Source: Clostridiales bacterium DTU036
GTDB taxonomy: Bacteria; Bacillota; Clostridia; Peptostreptococcales; Acidaminobacteraceae
Assembly: GCA_001512625.1 (NCBI GenBank)
Contig: LFTD01000109.1
Span: forward strand, 1-53,702
DNA: 53,702 nucleotides
Direction: 5' to 3'
The notes beneath the pieces are model-generated. The model ran no database searches and was not told the DNA's origin. It worked only from the letters and a program-made list of their open reading frames with translations. Positions 40,047 through 48,999 of this stretch are shown here, piece after piece. The first letter of the stretch is position 1. Each line of letters begins with the position of its first letter. Both the position numbers and the translations under genes were made by a program.

Positions 40047-42077
40047 TTAGATTAGACCCATTTTTTTGCCGACTTCTTCAAAGATGCCAACTGCTTTTTT
40101 AAGGTCTTCCTTGCTATGCTCAGCTGTAATCATGCAGCGAAGTCTTCCAGTTCCAACTGGAACAGTTGGGAAAACAATGGCAGAGGCAAATACACCCCTC
40201 TTTAGAAGCTCCTTACTAAACTGAACAGCCTTGGCCTCATCACCAATAATAACTGGTGTTATTGGAGTCTCGCTATGTCCAGTGTTAAAGCCTAGTTTAC
40301 CCAGTTCTTCTTTAAAGAACTTGGCATTATCCCATAATCTGACAGTATACTCATCGGTCTCCTCTAGGATATTTAGAGCTTCAATTAATGGAGCTACAAC
40401 AGCTGGAGGCAAACTGGTTGAAAATAGTATTGGTCTGCCTCTATGGCTTAACCACTCCTTAGTAACCTGCCTACTGGCTACATAGCCACCTAGAACACCA
40501 AAGCCCTTTGAAAGAGTACCAATGATAAAGTCAATCCTGCCGTGAAGACCAAAATGGTCAACAGTTCCTCTTCCTCTATTACCTAGAACACCAGAACCAT
40601 GGGCGTCATCAACATAGGTTAGAGCACCATACTTCTCAGCAAGCTCTACAATTTCTGGCAGCTTGGCTAGGTCACCATCCATGGAGAAAACTCCATCGGT
40701 AATAATTAGGGTTGTATTGTATTTTCCCTGGTTTTCCTTGAGTACTCTTTCTAGATCTGCCATATCAGAGTGTTTAAAAACTGCCTTATCAGCCCTAGAT
40801 AGACGAACGCCATCAATAATAGAAGCATGGTTGAGTTCATCAGAAATAATCAGGTCTCCCTTTTCAGTTATGGCCTGGATGGTTCCAGCATTGCAGTTAA
40901 AACCTGACTGGTAGACAGTTACTGCTTCTTCCTCTTTAAACTTGGCTAAACGCTCCTCTAGCTCAACGTGGAGGTCCATGTTGCCGTTAATAGTACGAAC
41001 AGCTCCTGGGCCAACTCCATATTTTTCCACTGCTTCAATAGCTGCTTTTTTAAGTCTTGGGTGGTTGGCAAAGCCCAGATAGTTATTGGATGAAAGGTTA
41101 ATTACTTCCTTGCCATCTAGATTGATAACGGGTCCGTTGGCTCCCAGCATAACTGGCAGAGTTCTATAAACACCTTGCTCCTTTAGTTCTTCTACCTTGT
41201 CCTCTAAAAACTTTAACTCATGGATGTTTTCCATACTTCTCTCCTTTTTGTTCCAGTCGATATTTCGACATATTCTATCTTTTCCAATCCAAGCAAAGTC
41301 CCTTTCTCTATACTCTCTTCGAAAGGCTCTTTTACTTAGAAATGAAAAATCTTCCTCATAAAAAACTAGCTCTTCATTACTATCTTTTACCCTATTAAAT
41401 GGACAGGCTCTCATACAAATATCGCAGCCATAGATAAAACCCTGTAGGTTTGTATAGAAGCTATGGCTAGCCTGGCTCAAATATGATAGACAGTCCTTAG
41501 CATCCAGCCTGTATTCGCTTATTACCTGCTGAGGACAGGCTTCTATGCACCTTCTGCAGGTTCCGCAGTCCCCCTCAATAATCTCATCTGCTTCCACTTC
41601 TGTATCAAGCAGTAGATAGCCAATATTAAGAGCTGAGCCTAACCTAGGGTGGATAAGAAGGGTGTTTTTACCAATAAATCCTAGCCCCGCCCTTCTTGCA
41701 ACTTCCTTATCCATAAGGCCTTCTTTATCACAGATGGCCTTACTGGCCACTCCTTCATTAGCCAATTCAGCTGCCAAGCTATTTAAAATCTCTACCACTT
41801 CTAAATGATAGTCCCTAGGCGAGGAGCTTGCAACCTTAAACTGGTTATTTGTCAAATTATTATTAAATAAGTCAAAGCTTTTTACAATGGCCAAAATCCC
41901 CCTAGCTTGGGGAAAATGTGCCCTTGGGCTGGTCTTCTTTTCCAGAGACTTTTCTTCAAAAGATAAGGGCTCTCTGTAGGCATAATAATCAAGATCTTCT
42001 GCAGAGCAAAAGCCTACATCAGATGCTCCAAGGTCCAGGGCTAGCCTACGGTATTTTTCCTTGTCCAGGGCCACCAC
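40047..42077 (-). CDS. single 676-aa ORF: QueG-like epoxyqueuosine reductase region fused in frame to an alpha-oxoamine synthase (Kbl-like glycine C-acetyltransferase)
   Basis: Region 41235-42077 (281 aa) has [26 protein letters not shown] and [11 protein letters not shown], and has no stop codon. Region 40047-41234 (395 aa) starts at an internal ATG with AAGGAGAG 5 nt upstream. It contains [28 protein letters not shown] and the PLP lysine in TLSKGFG. Confidence 0.75.
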   Translation of the reverse strand: MVALDKEKYRRLALDLGASDVGFCSAEDLDYYAYREPLSFEEKSLEKKTSPRAHFPQARGILAIVKSFDLFNNNLTNNQFKVASSSPRDYHLEVVEILNSLAAELANEGVASKAICDKEGLMDKEVARRAGLGFIGKNTLLIHPRLGSALNIGYLLLDTEVEADEIIEGDCGTCRRCIEACPQQVISEYRLDAKDCLSYLSQASHSFYTNLQGFIYGCDICMRACPFNRVKDSNEELVFYEEDFSFLSKRAFRREYRERDFAWIGKDRICRNIDWNKKERSMENIHELKFLEDKVEELKEQGVYRTLPVMLGANGPVINLDGKEVINLSSNNYLGFANHPRLKKAAIEAVEKYGVGPGAVRTINGNMDLHVELEERLAKFKEEEAVTVYQSGFNCNAGTIQAITEKGDLIISDELNHASIIDGVRLSRADKAVFKHSDMADLERVLKENQGKYNTTLIITDGVFSMDGDLAKLPEIVELAEKYGALTYVDDAHGSGVLGNRGRGTVDHFGLHGRIDFIIGTLSKGFGVLGGYVASRQVTKEWLSHRGRPILFSTSLPPAVVAPLIEALNILEETDEYTVRLWDNAKFFKEELGKLGFNTGHSETPITPVIIGDEAKAVQFSKELLKRGVFASAIVFPTVPVGTGRLRCMITAEHSKEDLKKAVGIFEEVGKKMGLI

Positions 42078-43699
42078 TACCTAGCCTCCATAACAAAGTA
42101 ACTTATATCATCGGCTAGACTTTGCTTCAAGGGCTCTATCTTTCTACTAAGTGCCCTATCCAGTACATAAAGAGGCTCATCTAAAGTTTCAAGTAGCAAT
42201 ATTTTTAAATCATCTATGCCAAGACTTAATCCCTGTTTTTCGTCAAGAAGTCCATCGGTGTAGAAAAAGATCCTATCCCCCTTGTAGAGCTGGATAGTAT
42301 CAGAAAAATACTCTGGCGTAAAAAAATCTGCCATTTTACAGATAGGAAAACCAGAATCTACCTGCAGATCTACTATTTCTCCGCTCTGCCTTACTAGAAT
42401 TGGATTAACATTAAGGCCCCCACTTGAATAGGTTAGCTTGCCTGTTTTCATGTTATAGGAGGCTATAAAAATTACCACATGCATGTGATCTGGAAAATTC
42501 ATCTTATTAAACTCATCATAAAGATATCTAAGGTTCTCATGGGGCTTATCTCCCCTTAATTGCTTTATAAGAGGTGAAGAGCTTCTAATATAATTGTAAA
42601 TATATATGTTCATAAGGGCAGCGTTAATACCATGGCCTGAAACATCCAAAATATACATTCCTACCTTGTCTTCATCAATCTGGTAGATATCAAAAAAGTC
42701 TCCACTTAGTCTTTCGCAGGGAAAATTATCAGTTATAAAAGATGCACCTGGAAAGACCATTTCTTTCATGGGAAGTAGAGACTGCTGAAGTCTTCTGGCT
42801 GCAGCAATTTCACTTTCTAAAGTTTCATTGGCCTTTTTAAGCTCCATTGTGCTTTCCTCTACAACCTCCTTAAGGTTTTCGGTGTAAAGGTCCCTTTGAT
42901 AATTGAGCTCCTCTACCTCATAAAGATAGGAGGTAAAAAGTTCCTTATAAAAGGCGTCGAGTAGGATTACTAGAGTAATCACATTAAAAACTGCTTCTAA
43001 AACTCCTTCATAGTCACTGGCAAAAGGGTCTGACTGCTTAAAAATAAAGGTAAAGCTTACCACAATAAGCGCAAGAAGAATGTTGCCCCTTATTTTGGAG
43101 CCCTCCATCAAATAGTTGAGAAAATAGCCTAGTAGATTACTAAAAAGCAGAAGGTAGAGCAAGGCGAACTCCAATTCTTCAACTAGTCGAGGCTCTGAAG
43201 AAAACCAAAGTTGCCCAACTATAATAAGCAAAATAATCCCTATAAATAGAAAGGGAATCCTGGCCATAGGCAGGTTAACATTGACAGGTTTTCTTACTAG
43301 GACCAGTTTCAAAAATAGGAGGCCCATTACTAAAATGGACAAAAATAAAATAATGCCCTGAAGTTGGGGCCGGTAAAGCAGAGTTATAGGCAAAGAATCA
43401 TTAACTGATACCACTAGGGCCAAAGAAACGATGGCTAGCATCAGCATAAAAATCACACTATAAATCAGCTGTCTAAGCCCCCTAAAAAGAGAAAAACTAT
43501 ATAGATTAATAATAAATAGGCCACTGAGGACAACCAGGGTTAAAAGCTTTACAGTTATATAAATGTTAAAGGAATAGTCACCAAAATTTTGTAAGTAAAA
43601 ATCCCTGATTAGCAAATTTCGCCTCAGGGTGACAAAAAGAAGAGCAAATAAGAGGGATAACCCTACATTTTGTAATCGGTCCTTTATGCTTTTAGTCAT
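42077..43699 (-). CDS. membrane-anchored PP2C/SpoIIE-family serine phosphatase
   Basis: 540 aa. The N-terminal ~250 aa are multi-TM, followed by a coiled coil and a PP2C core ([26 protein letters not shown]). Confidence 0.8.
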   Translation of the reverse strand: MTKSIKDRLQNVGLSLLFALLFVTLRRNLLIRDFYLQNFGDYSFNIYITVKLLTLVVLSGLFIINLYSFSLFRGLRQLIYSVIFMLMLAIVSLALVVSVNDSLPITLLYRPQLQGIILFLSILVMGLLFLKLVLVRKPVNVNLPMARIPFLFIGIILLIIVGQLWFSSEPRLVEELEFALLYLLLFSNLLGYFLNYLMEGSKIRGNILLALIVVSFTFIFKQSDPFASDYEGVLEAVFNVITLVILLDAFYKELFTSYLYEVEELNYQRDLYTENLKEVVEESTMELKKANETLESEIAAARRLQQSLLPMKEMVFPGASFITDNFPCERLSGDFFDIYQIDEDKVGMYILDVSGHGINAALMNIYIYNYIRSSSPLIKQLRGDKPHENLRYLYDEFNKMNFPDHMHVVIFIASYNMKTGKLTYSSGGLNVNPILVRQSGEIVDLQVDSGFPICKMADFFTPEYFSDTIQLYKGDRIFFYTDGLLDEKQGLSLGIDDLKILLLETLDEPLYVLDRALSRKIEPLKQSLADDISYFVMEAR

Positions 43700-43710
43700 T
43701 AAAGCTCCTG

Positions 43711-45306
43711 TTACAGGATACTACTTCCGCCTATAAACTCCCTAAGTAGGGAGGTACTTGGCACTATTCTATCATCTTCAATGCTTTTTAGGTAGTACAG
43801 AAAATTTTTGAGTCTCTTGGCCTGAGAGTAGACAGGGCTCTTTTTATCAATCTCCTCAAGAATGGGTAAAGCATACTTTTTAAGCACTGCCAGCTCATAG
43901 ACTAGGGCTGAGTTAAAAACCGCATCGGCCTCTTCCTGGAAGGGAAAGATGTGAAGCTCTTCACCCCTTCTAACAGAGTCCCACATAGATAGGGTCTGCT
44001 CTGCATCATAGCCCCTAGTAAAGCTATCTCTTACCATACGCCTAATTAGTCTATTATCTGTAGTAGGAATCCTATTGTGCTGGTCAAGATTTAAACTGGT
44101 TAAAGCTGATATATAAATCTTGTACTTATCTTTTTTTAGTACGCCTTTTGTCAGCCTTTCATTAAGACCGTGAATACCTTCAAAAATAATAACTTCGTCT
44201 TTTTTAAGTCTCATTCTATAGGCATTATCCTGCCTTACCCCTTCAATAAAATCAAAGATTGGCAGGCCTACTTCATGGCCCTCAAGCAGGTCTTCTATAT
44301 GTTCATTTAATAAATCCAGTTCTAGCGCTTCAATAGATTCAAAATCATAGTTGCCATCCTTGTCAAGGGGGGTGAATTCCCTATTAACAAAATAATTGTC
44401 CAAAGAAATAGTTTGGGAAAAGACCCCTTCTGCCATAAGCTGGATCTTGAGCCTATGGGTAAAGGTAGTCTTTCCAGAAGAAGAAGGACCGGCAATTAGC
44501 ACTACCCTCTTTTTAGACTTTATGATTTCATCAGCTATTCTGGCTATCTTTTTTTCCTGAAGAGCCTCATTTACCTGAATGATTTCTGCAACATCCTGGG
44601 TTTCCACTAGGCCATTTAGTTGGCAAACTGTCCCCACTCCTAGCAGCTGGCCCCAGGCCTCGCTTTCCATATGGGCTGCATGCACCTTGGGCTGCTCATA
44701 AAAGGGAGGTATCTCATCAGGGGAATAGGTTCTGGGATGAAGCAGGATAGCTCCTGGTGAGTAGGGAACTATCTTAAACTTATCTAAAAACGATGTGTCG
44801 GGTACCATAAAACCATAGAAATAGTTTTTTATTTGGTCACAAGAATAAAGAGTAACCCTGCCGCTTTCTTTATACCTAAGTAGATCAGATTTAAAATAGA
44901 GGCCCTGGTCATGGTAAACCCTCCTTGCTTCTTCAAGCCCCATTTCCTCTTTAATAAAGGGTAGGCCTTTTGCCACAAGCTCCCTCATCTTCTCTTCTAT
45001 TTGCTTAAACTGATCATGATCTAGTTCCTGGTCAAACTCCAGGTAGAGACCCCTACTTAGAGAGTAGAGGACGTAGAGTTCATTATCTGGAAAACACTGC
45101 CTTAGTGCAATGTAAAACAAAAAAACTAGACTTCTCTGGTAGATTCTGACTCCATCAGCCTTTGATAGGTCTATCCACTCAATTTTTTGACCCTTCTCTG
45201 GCACATGGCTGAGTTCTCTAATTTCTCCCTCAACATAGGCAGCCAAGACCTTCCTAGGATAGGTTTTTTCTCTAGAAATTTCTAATAAGCTTTTATTACT
45301 TCTCAT
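43711..45306 (-). CDS. ThrRS-SAD-like N-terminal domain fused to a uridine kinase/phosphoribulokinase-family P-loop kinase
   Basis: 531 aa with Walker A GPSSSGKTT at about residue 275 and a PRK/Udk-like C-terminal half. Confidence 0.75.
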   Translation of the reverse strand: MRSNKSLLEISREKTYPRKVLAAYVEGEIRELSHVPEKGQKIEWIDLSKADGVRIYQRSLVFLFYIALRQCFPDNELYVLYSLSRGLYLEFDQELDHDQFKQIEEKMRELVAKGLPFIKEEMGLEEARRVYHDQGLYFKSDLLRYKESGRVTLYSCDQIKNYFYGFMVPDTSFLDKFKIVPYSPGAILLHPRTYSPDEIPPFYEQPKVHAAHMESEAWGQLLGVGTVCQLNGLVETQDVAEIIQVNEALQEKKIARIADEIIKSKKRVVLIAGPSSSGKTTFTHRLKIQLMAEGVFSQTISLDNYFVNREFTPLDKDGNYDFESIEALELDLLNEHIEDLLEGHEVGLPIFDFIEGVRQDNAYRMRLKKDEVIIFEGIHGLNERLTKGVLKKDKYKIYISALTSLNLDQHNRIPTTDNRLIRRMVRDSFTRGYDAEQTLSMWDSVRRGEELHIFPFQEEADAVFNSALVYELAVLKKYALPILEEIDKKSPVYSQAKRLKNFLYYLKSIEDDRIVPSTSLLREFIGGSSIL

Positions 45307-46057
45307 ATCTTAACTCCTTTAACAAGTAGCTATTGATTTTCTTGTATTTATCCCTATCTATTACAAGACCAGACTTAACCATTAAGGTTTCAATATCCTT
45401 GATTAATACCTGGGGTTCTCCGTAGCTTGCCCTTATATCATCATAGCTAACTGCTTCAAAGCCATGGCCAACTATGGAGGCGTTTCTAAGATCAGCAAGA
45501 GCCTTCATGGATGAGCCGGTTATAAAGTTAGCAGCCCTTTTTAAAGAAGGATTTCTGCTAAATTTATATATATACTCTGCAACTGCAAAGATAACATTCC
45601 TATTATGAATCTTATAGCGCTTTCTAAGGACTCTTAGGGTTCTATCCTCTTCAAAGACCTCATCAAAGACGCTTACAACCTCCTGATGCTGAATGGAAAA
45701 AATATACTTCATAAAAGCTTCATTAAACCTATAAACCCTCCCTAGTAGGTCTATATACTCTTCTCTCTCAACTTGAAAGGCTATGTTGGAGAGGTGCTCA
45801 GAAAAAATCGCAGAAGGATCTCCATAAATCAACTCCATTAAATTCTTTTCTAGATAGGAGCTCAGCTCTAGTGGGAAATAAGCACCATATTTAGTTAGTA
45901 GTCTTTGGGCATTTATAAAGTCAAAATTAACCATATGCCTACAGATATCAAGAAGGCCAACCAGAAACTGATTATCCTCTGAAGCTGCTAGCCCATAGGC
46001 ACCACTATAGTCATATCTATTAATTAGTGTTGAAATAATCTCTTTTTTCAAAGCCAA
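45296..46057 (-). CDS. hypothetical protein with C-terminal HEPN-like R-N-x5-H motif
   Basis: 253-aa ORF, apparently helical, with LRNASIVGHGF at residues 190-200 (nt 45464-45487). It overlaps both neighbours. The functional call is inference only. Confidence 0.5.
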   Translation of the reverse strand: MALKKEIISTLINRYDYSGAYGLAASEDNQFLVGLLDICRHMVNFDFINAQRLLTKYGAYFPLELSSYLEKNLMELIYGDPSAIFSEHLSNIAFQVEREEYIDLLGRVYRFNEAFMKYIFSIQHQEVVSVFDEVFEEDRTLRVLRKRYKIHNRNVIFAVAEYIYKFSRNPSLKRAANFITGSSMKALADLRNASIVGHGFEAVSYDDIRASYGEPQVLIKDIETLMVKSGLVIDRDKYKKINSYLLKELRYEK

Positions 46058-46907
46058 CCTTCCTCATCAATTCTATAAAGTCATCTGGTAGATAGAAAAC
46101 TTCCTTGTCCTGCCAGGCCAGTTTATAGCAAATAAGACTCTGGCCTCCCCTTCCCCTTCCGTAGAGTTCATCTCCTAGGATTTGTCCTCCCAAGTGGGCA
46201 ATGGAGGCTCTGATTTGGTGGGTCCTGCCAGTGATTAGCTTGGCCTCAACCAGGCTATAGCCGTCCTTTCTTGCAAGAACTTTAAAATCTGTAATAGCTT
46301 TTTTGCCTTCCTCGGTTAATTTAACCCCAGGTTCATTTGCTTTCTTTTCTAACCTAATCTCACAAAGTCCTTCTTCTATTGTACCAAAGATTAGGGCTAG
46401 ATAGAATTTTTCAAGGCCTCTTTGCCTTTGTAACTCCTCCAGCTCCTTGGTTCGCTGGTAGTTTTTAGTAAAAAGAACTAGACCTCTAGTGTCCTTATCC
46501 AGTCTTCCAAGAGGTGAGGGCCTAAAAGTCCTACTTATATCTGCCTCCAAGTAGGCTTGCACTCTACTAGACAGGCTGTCCTCTCCCCTGCTATCAGGGG
46601 TGGTTTTTAAGCCTTGGGGCTTGTAGACCACTAGATCATCCTCATCCTCATATACAATATCTATACTTCCAGGTCTAGCTTCTATCATATCTCCAGACCA
46701 GGATTTAACTAGGTCTTCCTTTAAGTATATATCAAGTTCATCATGAAGCTCTATCCTATCCTTTTCCCTAGCCACCTTGCCATTTATACGCACATCTTTT
46801 TTTCTTATTAAACGGTAGATCTCCCCACGGCCTGCTTTTGGGAAGAATTTCATCAGGAATCTATCCAGCCTCTGATTAGCTGCACTTTCATCAATTATTA
46901 TTTTCAC
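46020..46907 (-). CDS. RluA-family pseudouridine synthase with N-terminal S4 domain
   Basis: 295 aa with S4-like RLDRFL, catalytic GRLDKDTRG and GRTHQIR. Confidence 0.88.
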   Translation of the reverse strand: MKIIIDESAANQRLDRFLMKFFPKAGRGEIYRLIRKKDVRINGKVAREKDRIELHDELDIYLKEDLVKSWSGDMIEARPGSIDIVYEDEDDLVVYKPQGLKTTPDSRGEDSLSSRVQAYLEADISRTFRPSPLGRLDKDTRGLVLFTKNYQRTKELEELQRQRGLEKFYLALIFGTIEEGLCEIRLEKKANEPGVKLTEEGKKAITDFKVLARKDGYSLVEAKLITGRTHQIRASIAHLGGQILGDELYGRGRGGQSLICYKLAWQDKEVFYLPDDFIELMRKVGFEKRDYFNTN

Positions 46908-47006
46908 GGACTGTCCTTTCTATACAATCGGAGGGCCTCTCCGGCGGTTTTTCCTTGTATTGCAATATTCTCATAAATATGTTAGATTTAATCAAGAGGT
47001 GATATT

Positions 47007-47537
47007 ATGTTAGAAAAAATTAAAGATATAATCTATGACTTAAGTGATTATTTGGTTACTCTTATTATAATCTTTTTCATCGTAATTTCCATTGCTTTTG
47101 TCATGACCAAGTCCTATGGCCTAGATTTTTCCAAAAATGATCTCCTTTCTCTTTTTAATAAAGAAGAGATAGAAATCCCTACTCCAGAGCCAGAACCAGT
47201 GATAAATAATCAGCCAGTGGTAGATCCCCAGACCCAAGTCCCCGAAAAAGAGGATGAAGAAAATGAGGATAAGGACACTGAGGACAAGGATCCTGATAAG
47301 AAAGATGAAGATGATAATAAAAGCGATGCTTCCAAGGATTATGTGCTTGTAATCGAGTCTGGCGCTAATTCCAATAGCATTGCTGATGAGTTAGAAGAAG
47401 CTGGAGTTATAAGCGACAGTTATGATTTAGTTAATGCTTTAGTAGAAAGAGGTCTGGATACAGCAATCCAGCTTGGAGAGTTTACTTTTAAACCTAATAT
47501 GACTATAGACCAAGTTCTAGATATTCTATTCCCTTAA
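47007..47537 (+). CDS. membrane-anchored protein with acidic linker and MltG/YceG N-terminal-like domain
   Basis: 176 aa with an N-terminal TM helix and a low-complexity D/E/K linker. The C-terminal region IESGANSNSIADELEEAGVISD...GEFTFKPNMTIDQVLDIL resembles the MltG LysM-like domain. Confidence 0.5.
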   Translation: MLEKIKDIIYDLSDYLVTLIIIFFIVISIAFVMTKSYGLDFSKNDLLSLFNKEEIEIPTPEPEPVINNQPVVDPQTQVPEKEDEENEDKDTEDKDPDKKDEDDNKSDASKDYVLVIESGANSNSIADELEEAGVISDSYDLVNALVERGLDTAIQLGEFTFKPNMTIDQVLDILFP

Positions 47538-47547
47538 GGAGGTAAGA

Positions 47548-48480
47548 ATGCCACTGGTAACCACTAAAGAGATGTTCAGAAAGGCCTATGAGGGCAAATA
47601 TGCTATTGGGGCCTTTAATGTAAACAACATGGAAATCATTCAGGGTATTGTAGAAGCTGCCAAGGAAGCCAAAGCTCCTTTAATTTTGCAAGTATCTGCA
47701 GGAGCAAGGCAGTACGCCAATTCTAATTATCTAATAAAGCTAGTTGAGGCTGCTCTACTTGACGCACCTGAACTTGATATAGCCCTTCACCTAGACCATG
47801 GTGATAGCTTTGAAATATGTAAACAGTGCATAGACGATGGTTTCACATCGGTTATGATCGATGGTAGCCACCTACCCTATGAGGAAAATATAGCCCTAAC
47901 AAAGCAGGTTGTTGATTATGCCCATTCTAAAGGTGTAACAGTTGAAGCAGAGCTTGGAAGGCTTGCGGGAGTTGAGGACGCAGTAAATGTATCAGCTGAA
48001 GATGCCACTTATACCAATCCCGACCAAGCTCTAGACTTTGTTACAAGGACAGGCTGCGACTCCCTTGCTGTAGCCATAGGCACCTCCCACGGAGCCTATA
48101 AATTCAAAGGGGAACCCAAGCTTGATATTCCAAGACTTCAGCGCATCCAAGAGCTTTTACCAGGCTTTCCCATAGTCCTCCACGGTGCCAGTTCAGTTGT
48201 ACCTGAGTTTGTAGAAATGAACAATGAATACGGCGGAGAGATTCCTGGAGCTAGGGGTGTGCCAGAAGAGCTTATAAAAGAAGCCACCAAGTACGGTGTA
48301 TGTAAGGTCAATATTGACTCAGACCTTAGACTGGCCATGACAGGAGTAATTCGAAAAGAACTCCATAATAATCCTGGTAACTTTGATCCAAGAAAGTATT
48401 TAGGACCAGCCAGAACTGCTATTAAAGAAATGGTTAAACACAAAATCTACAATGTTCTTGGTAATAACGATAAACTTTAA
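47548..48480 (+). CDS. fba: class II fructose-bisphosphate aldolase
   Basis: 310 aa with AFNVNNME, HLDHG and GTSHGAYKF. Confidence 0.95.
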   Translation: MPLVTTKEMFRKAYEGKYAIGAFNVNNMEIIQGIVEAAKEAKAPLILQVSAGARQYANSNYLIKLVEAALLDAPELDIALHLDHGDSFEICKQCIDDGFTSVMIDGSHLPYEENIALTKQVVDYAHSKGVTVEAELGRLAGVEDAVNVSAEDATYTNPDQALDFVTRTGCDSLAVAIGTSHGAYKFKGEPKLDIPRLQRIQELLPGFPIVLHGASSVVPEFVEMNNEYGGEIPGARGVPEELIKEATKYGVCKVNIDSDLRLAMTGVIRKELHNNPGNFDPRKYLGPARTAIKEMVKHKIYNVLGNNDKL

Positions 48481-48482
48481 AA

Positions 48483-48502
48483 GGACCTTCGGGTCTTTTT
48501 TA
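48483..48502 (+). terminator. weak hairpin plus T6 after fba
   Basis: GACC-TTCG-GGTC followed by TTTTTT. The stem is only 4 bp. Confidence 0.4.
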
Positions 48503-48877
48503 TTTAAAGTAAAGAAAGCTCATGATTATAAATGGAGCTAAGGCCAGGTCCCTTTTTCTTTCCCCTCTAATAAAGAAAGTAAGGGCAACTAGGCCTGCTA
48601 AAATGAAACTCAGCATAATAAAGGCTAGCAGGTTTTTTTCCAGGCCTGTAGCAAGAACAGAAAAGAGCTTAACATCTCCGTAGCCCATAACTTCTTTTGA
48701 TGATAGCAAATAAACTAGGTAGTAAAGAAGGTTGAGTATTAAAAAGACTCCTAGGCCTTTAATAAGGCCCTGGGGCCTTTTTAAAAGTAGAAGAAATAAT
48801 AAAAGTAAACTTAACTCGTTGGGGATCCTTTTTTCCTTCATATCTACATAGCCAATTACCAGTAAAATAAGATACAT
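48500..48877 (-). CDS. minimal A24-family prepilin-peptidase-like aspartic protease
   Basis: VDMKEKRIPN and GYGDVKLF carry the two A24 catalytic Asp contexts. ATG 48877 with GGAGGTGG upstream is preferred over ATG 48919. Confidence 0.6.
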   Translation of the reverse strand: MYLILLVIGYVDMKEKRIPNELSLLLLFLLLLKRPQGLIKGLGVFLILNLLYYLVYLLSSKEVMGYGDVKLFSVLATGLEKNLLAFIMLSFILAGLVALTFFIRGERKRDLALAPFIIMSFLYFK

Positions 48878-48952
48878 AACCACCTCCAAATAAAGCCTAG
48901 CAGACCAGCTAATTAACATGCCTCATCTCTATTTAGTTTTGCTATTTGGAAT

Positions 48953-48981
48953 TTGACCTCCCATCTTCCTAGCGGTACAAT
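48953..48981 (+). promoter_or_regulatory. putative sigma-A promoter of pepF
   Basis: TTGACC (48953-48958), 17-nt spacer, TACAAT (48976-48981). AGGAGG RBS at 48988-48993. Confidence 0.5.
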
Positions 48982-48999
48982 CTAGCCAGGAGGTTTATT

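Noticed and set aside
46908-47006. The switch from leftward to rightward transcription at about 46.95 kb could mark a replication origin.
   Set aside because: No DnaA boxes (TTATCCACA or its complement), no dnaA/dnaN nearby and no AT-rich unwinding repeats. A minus-strand gene also reappears at 48.5 kb. It is an ordinary divergent promoter region.
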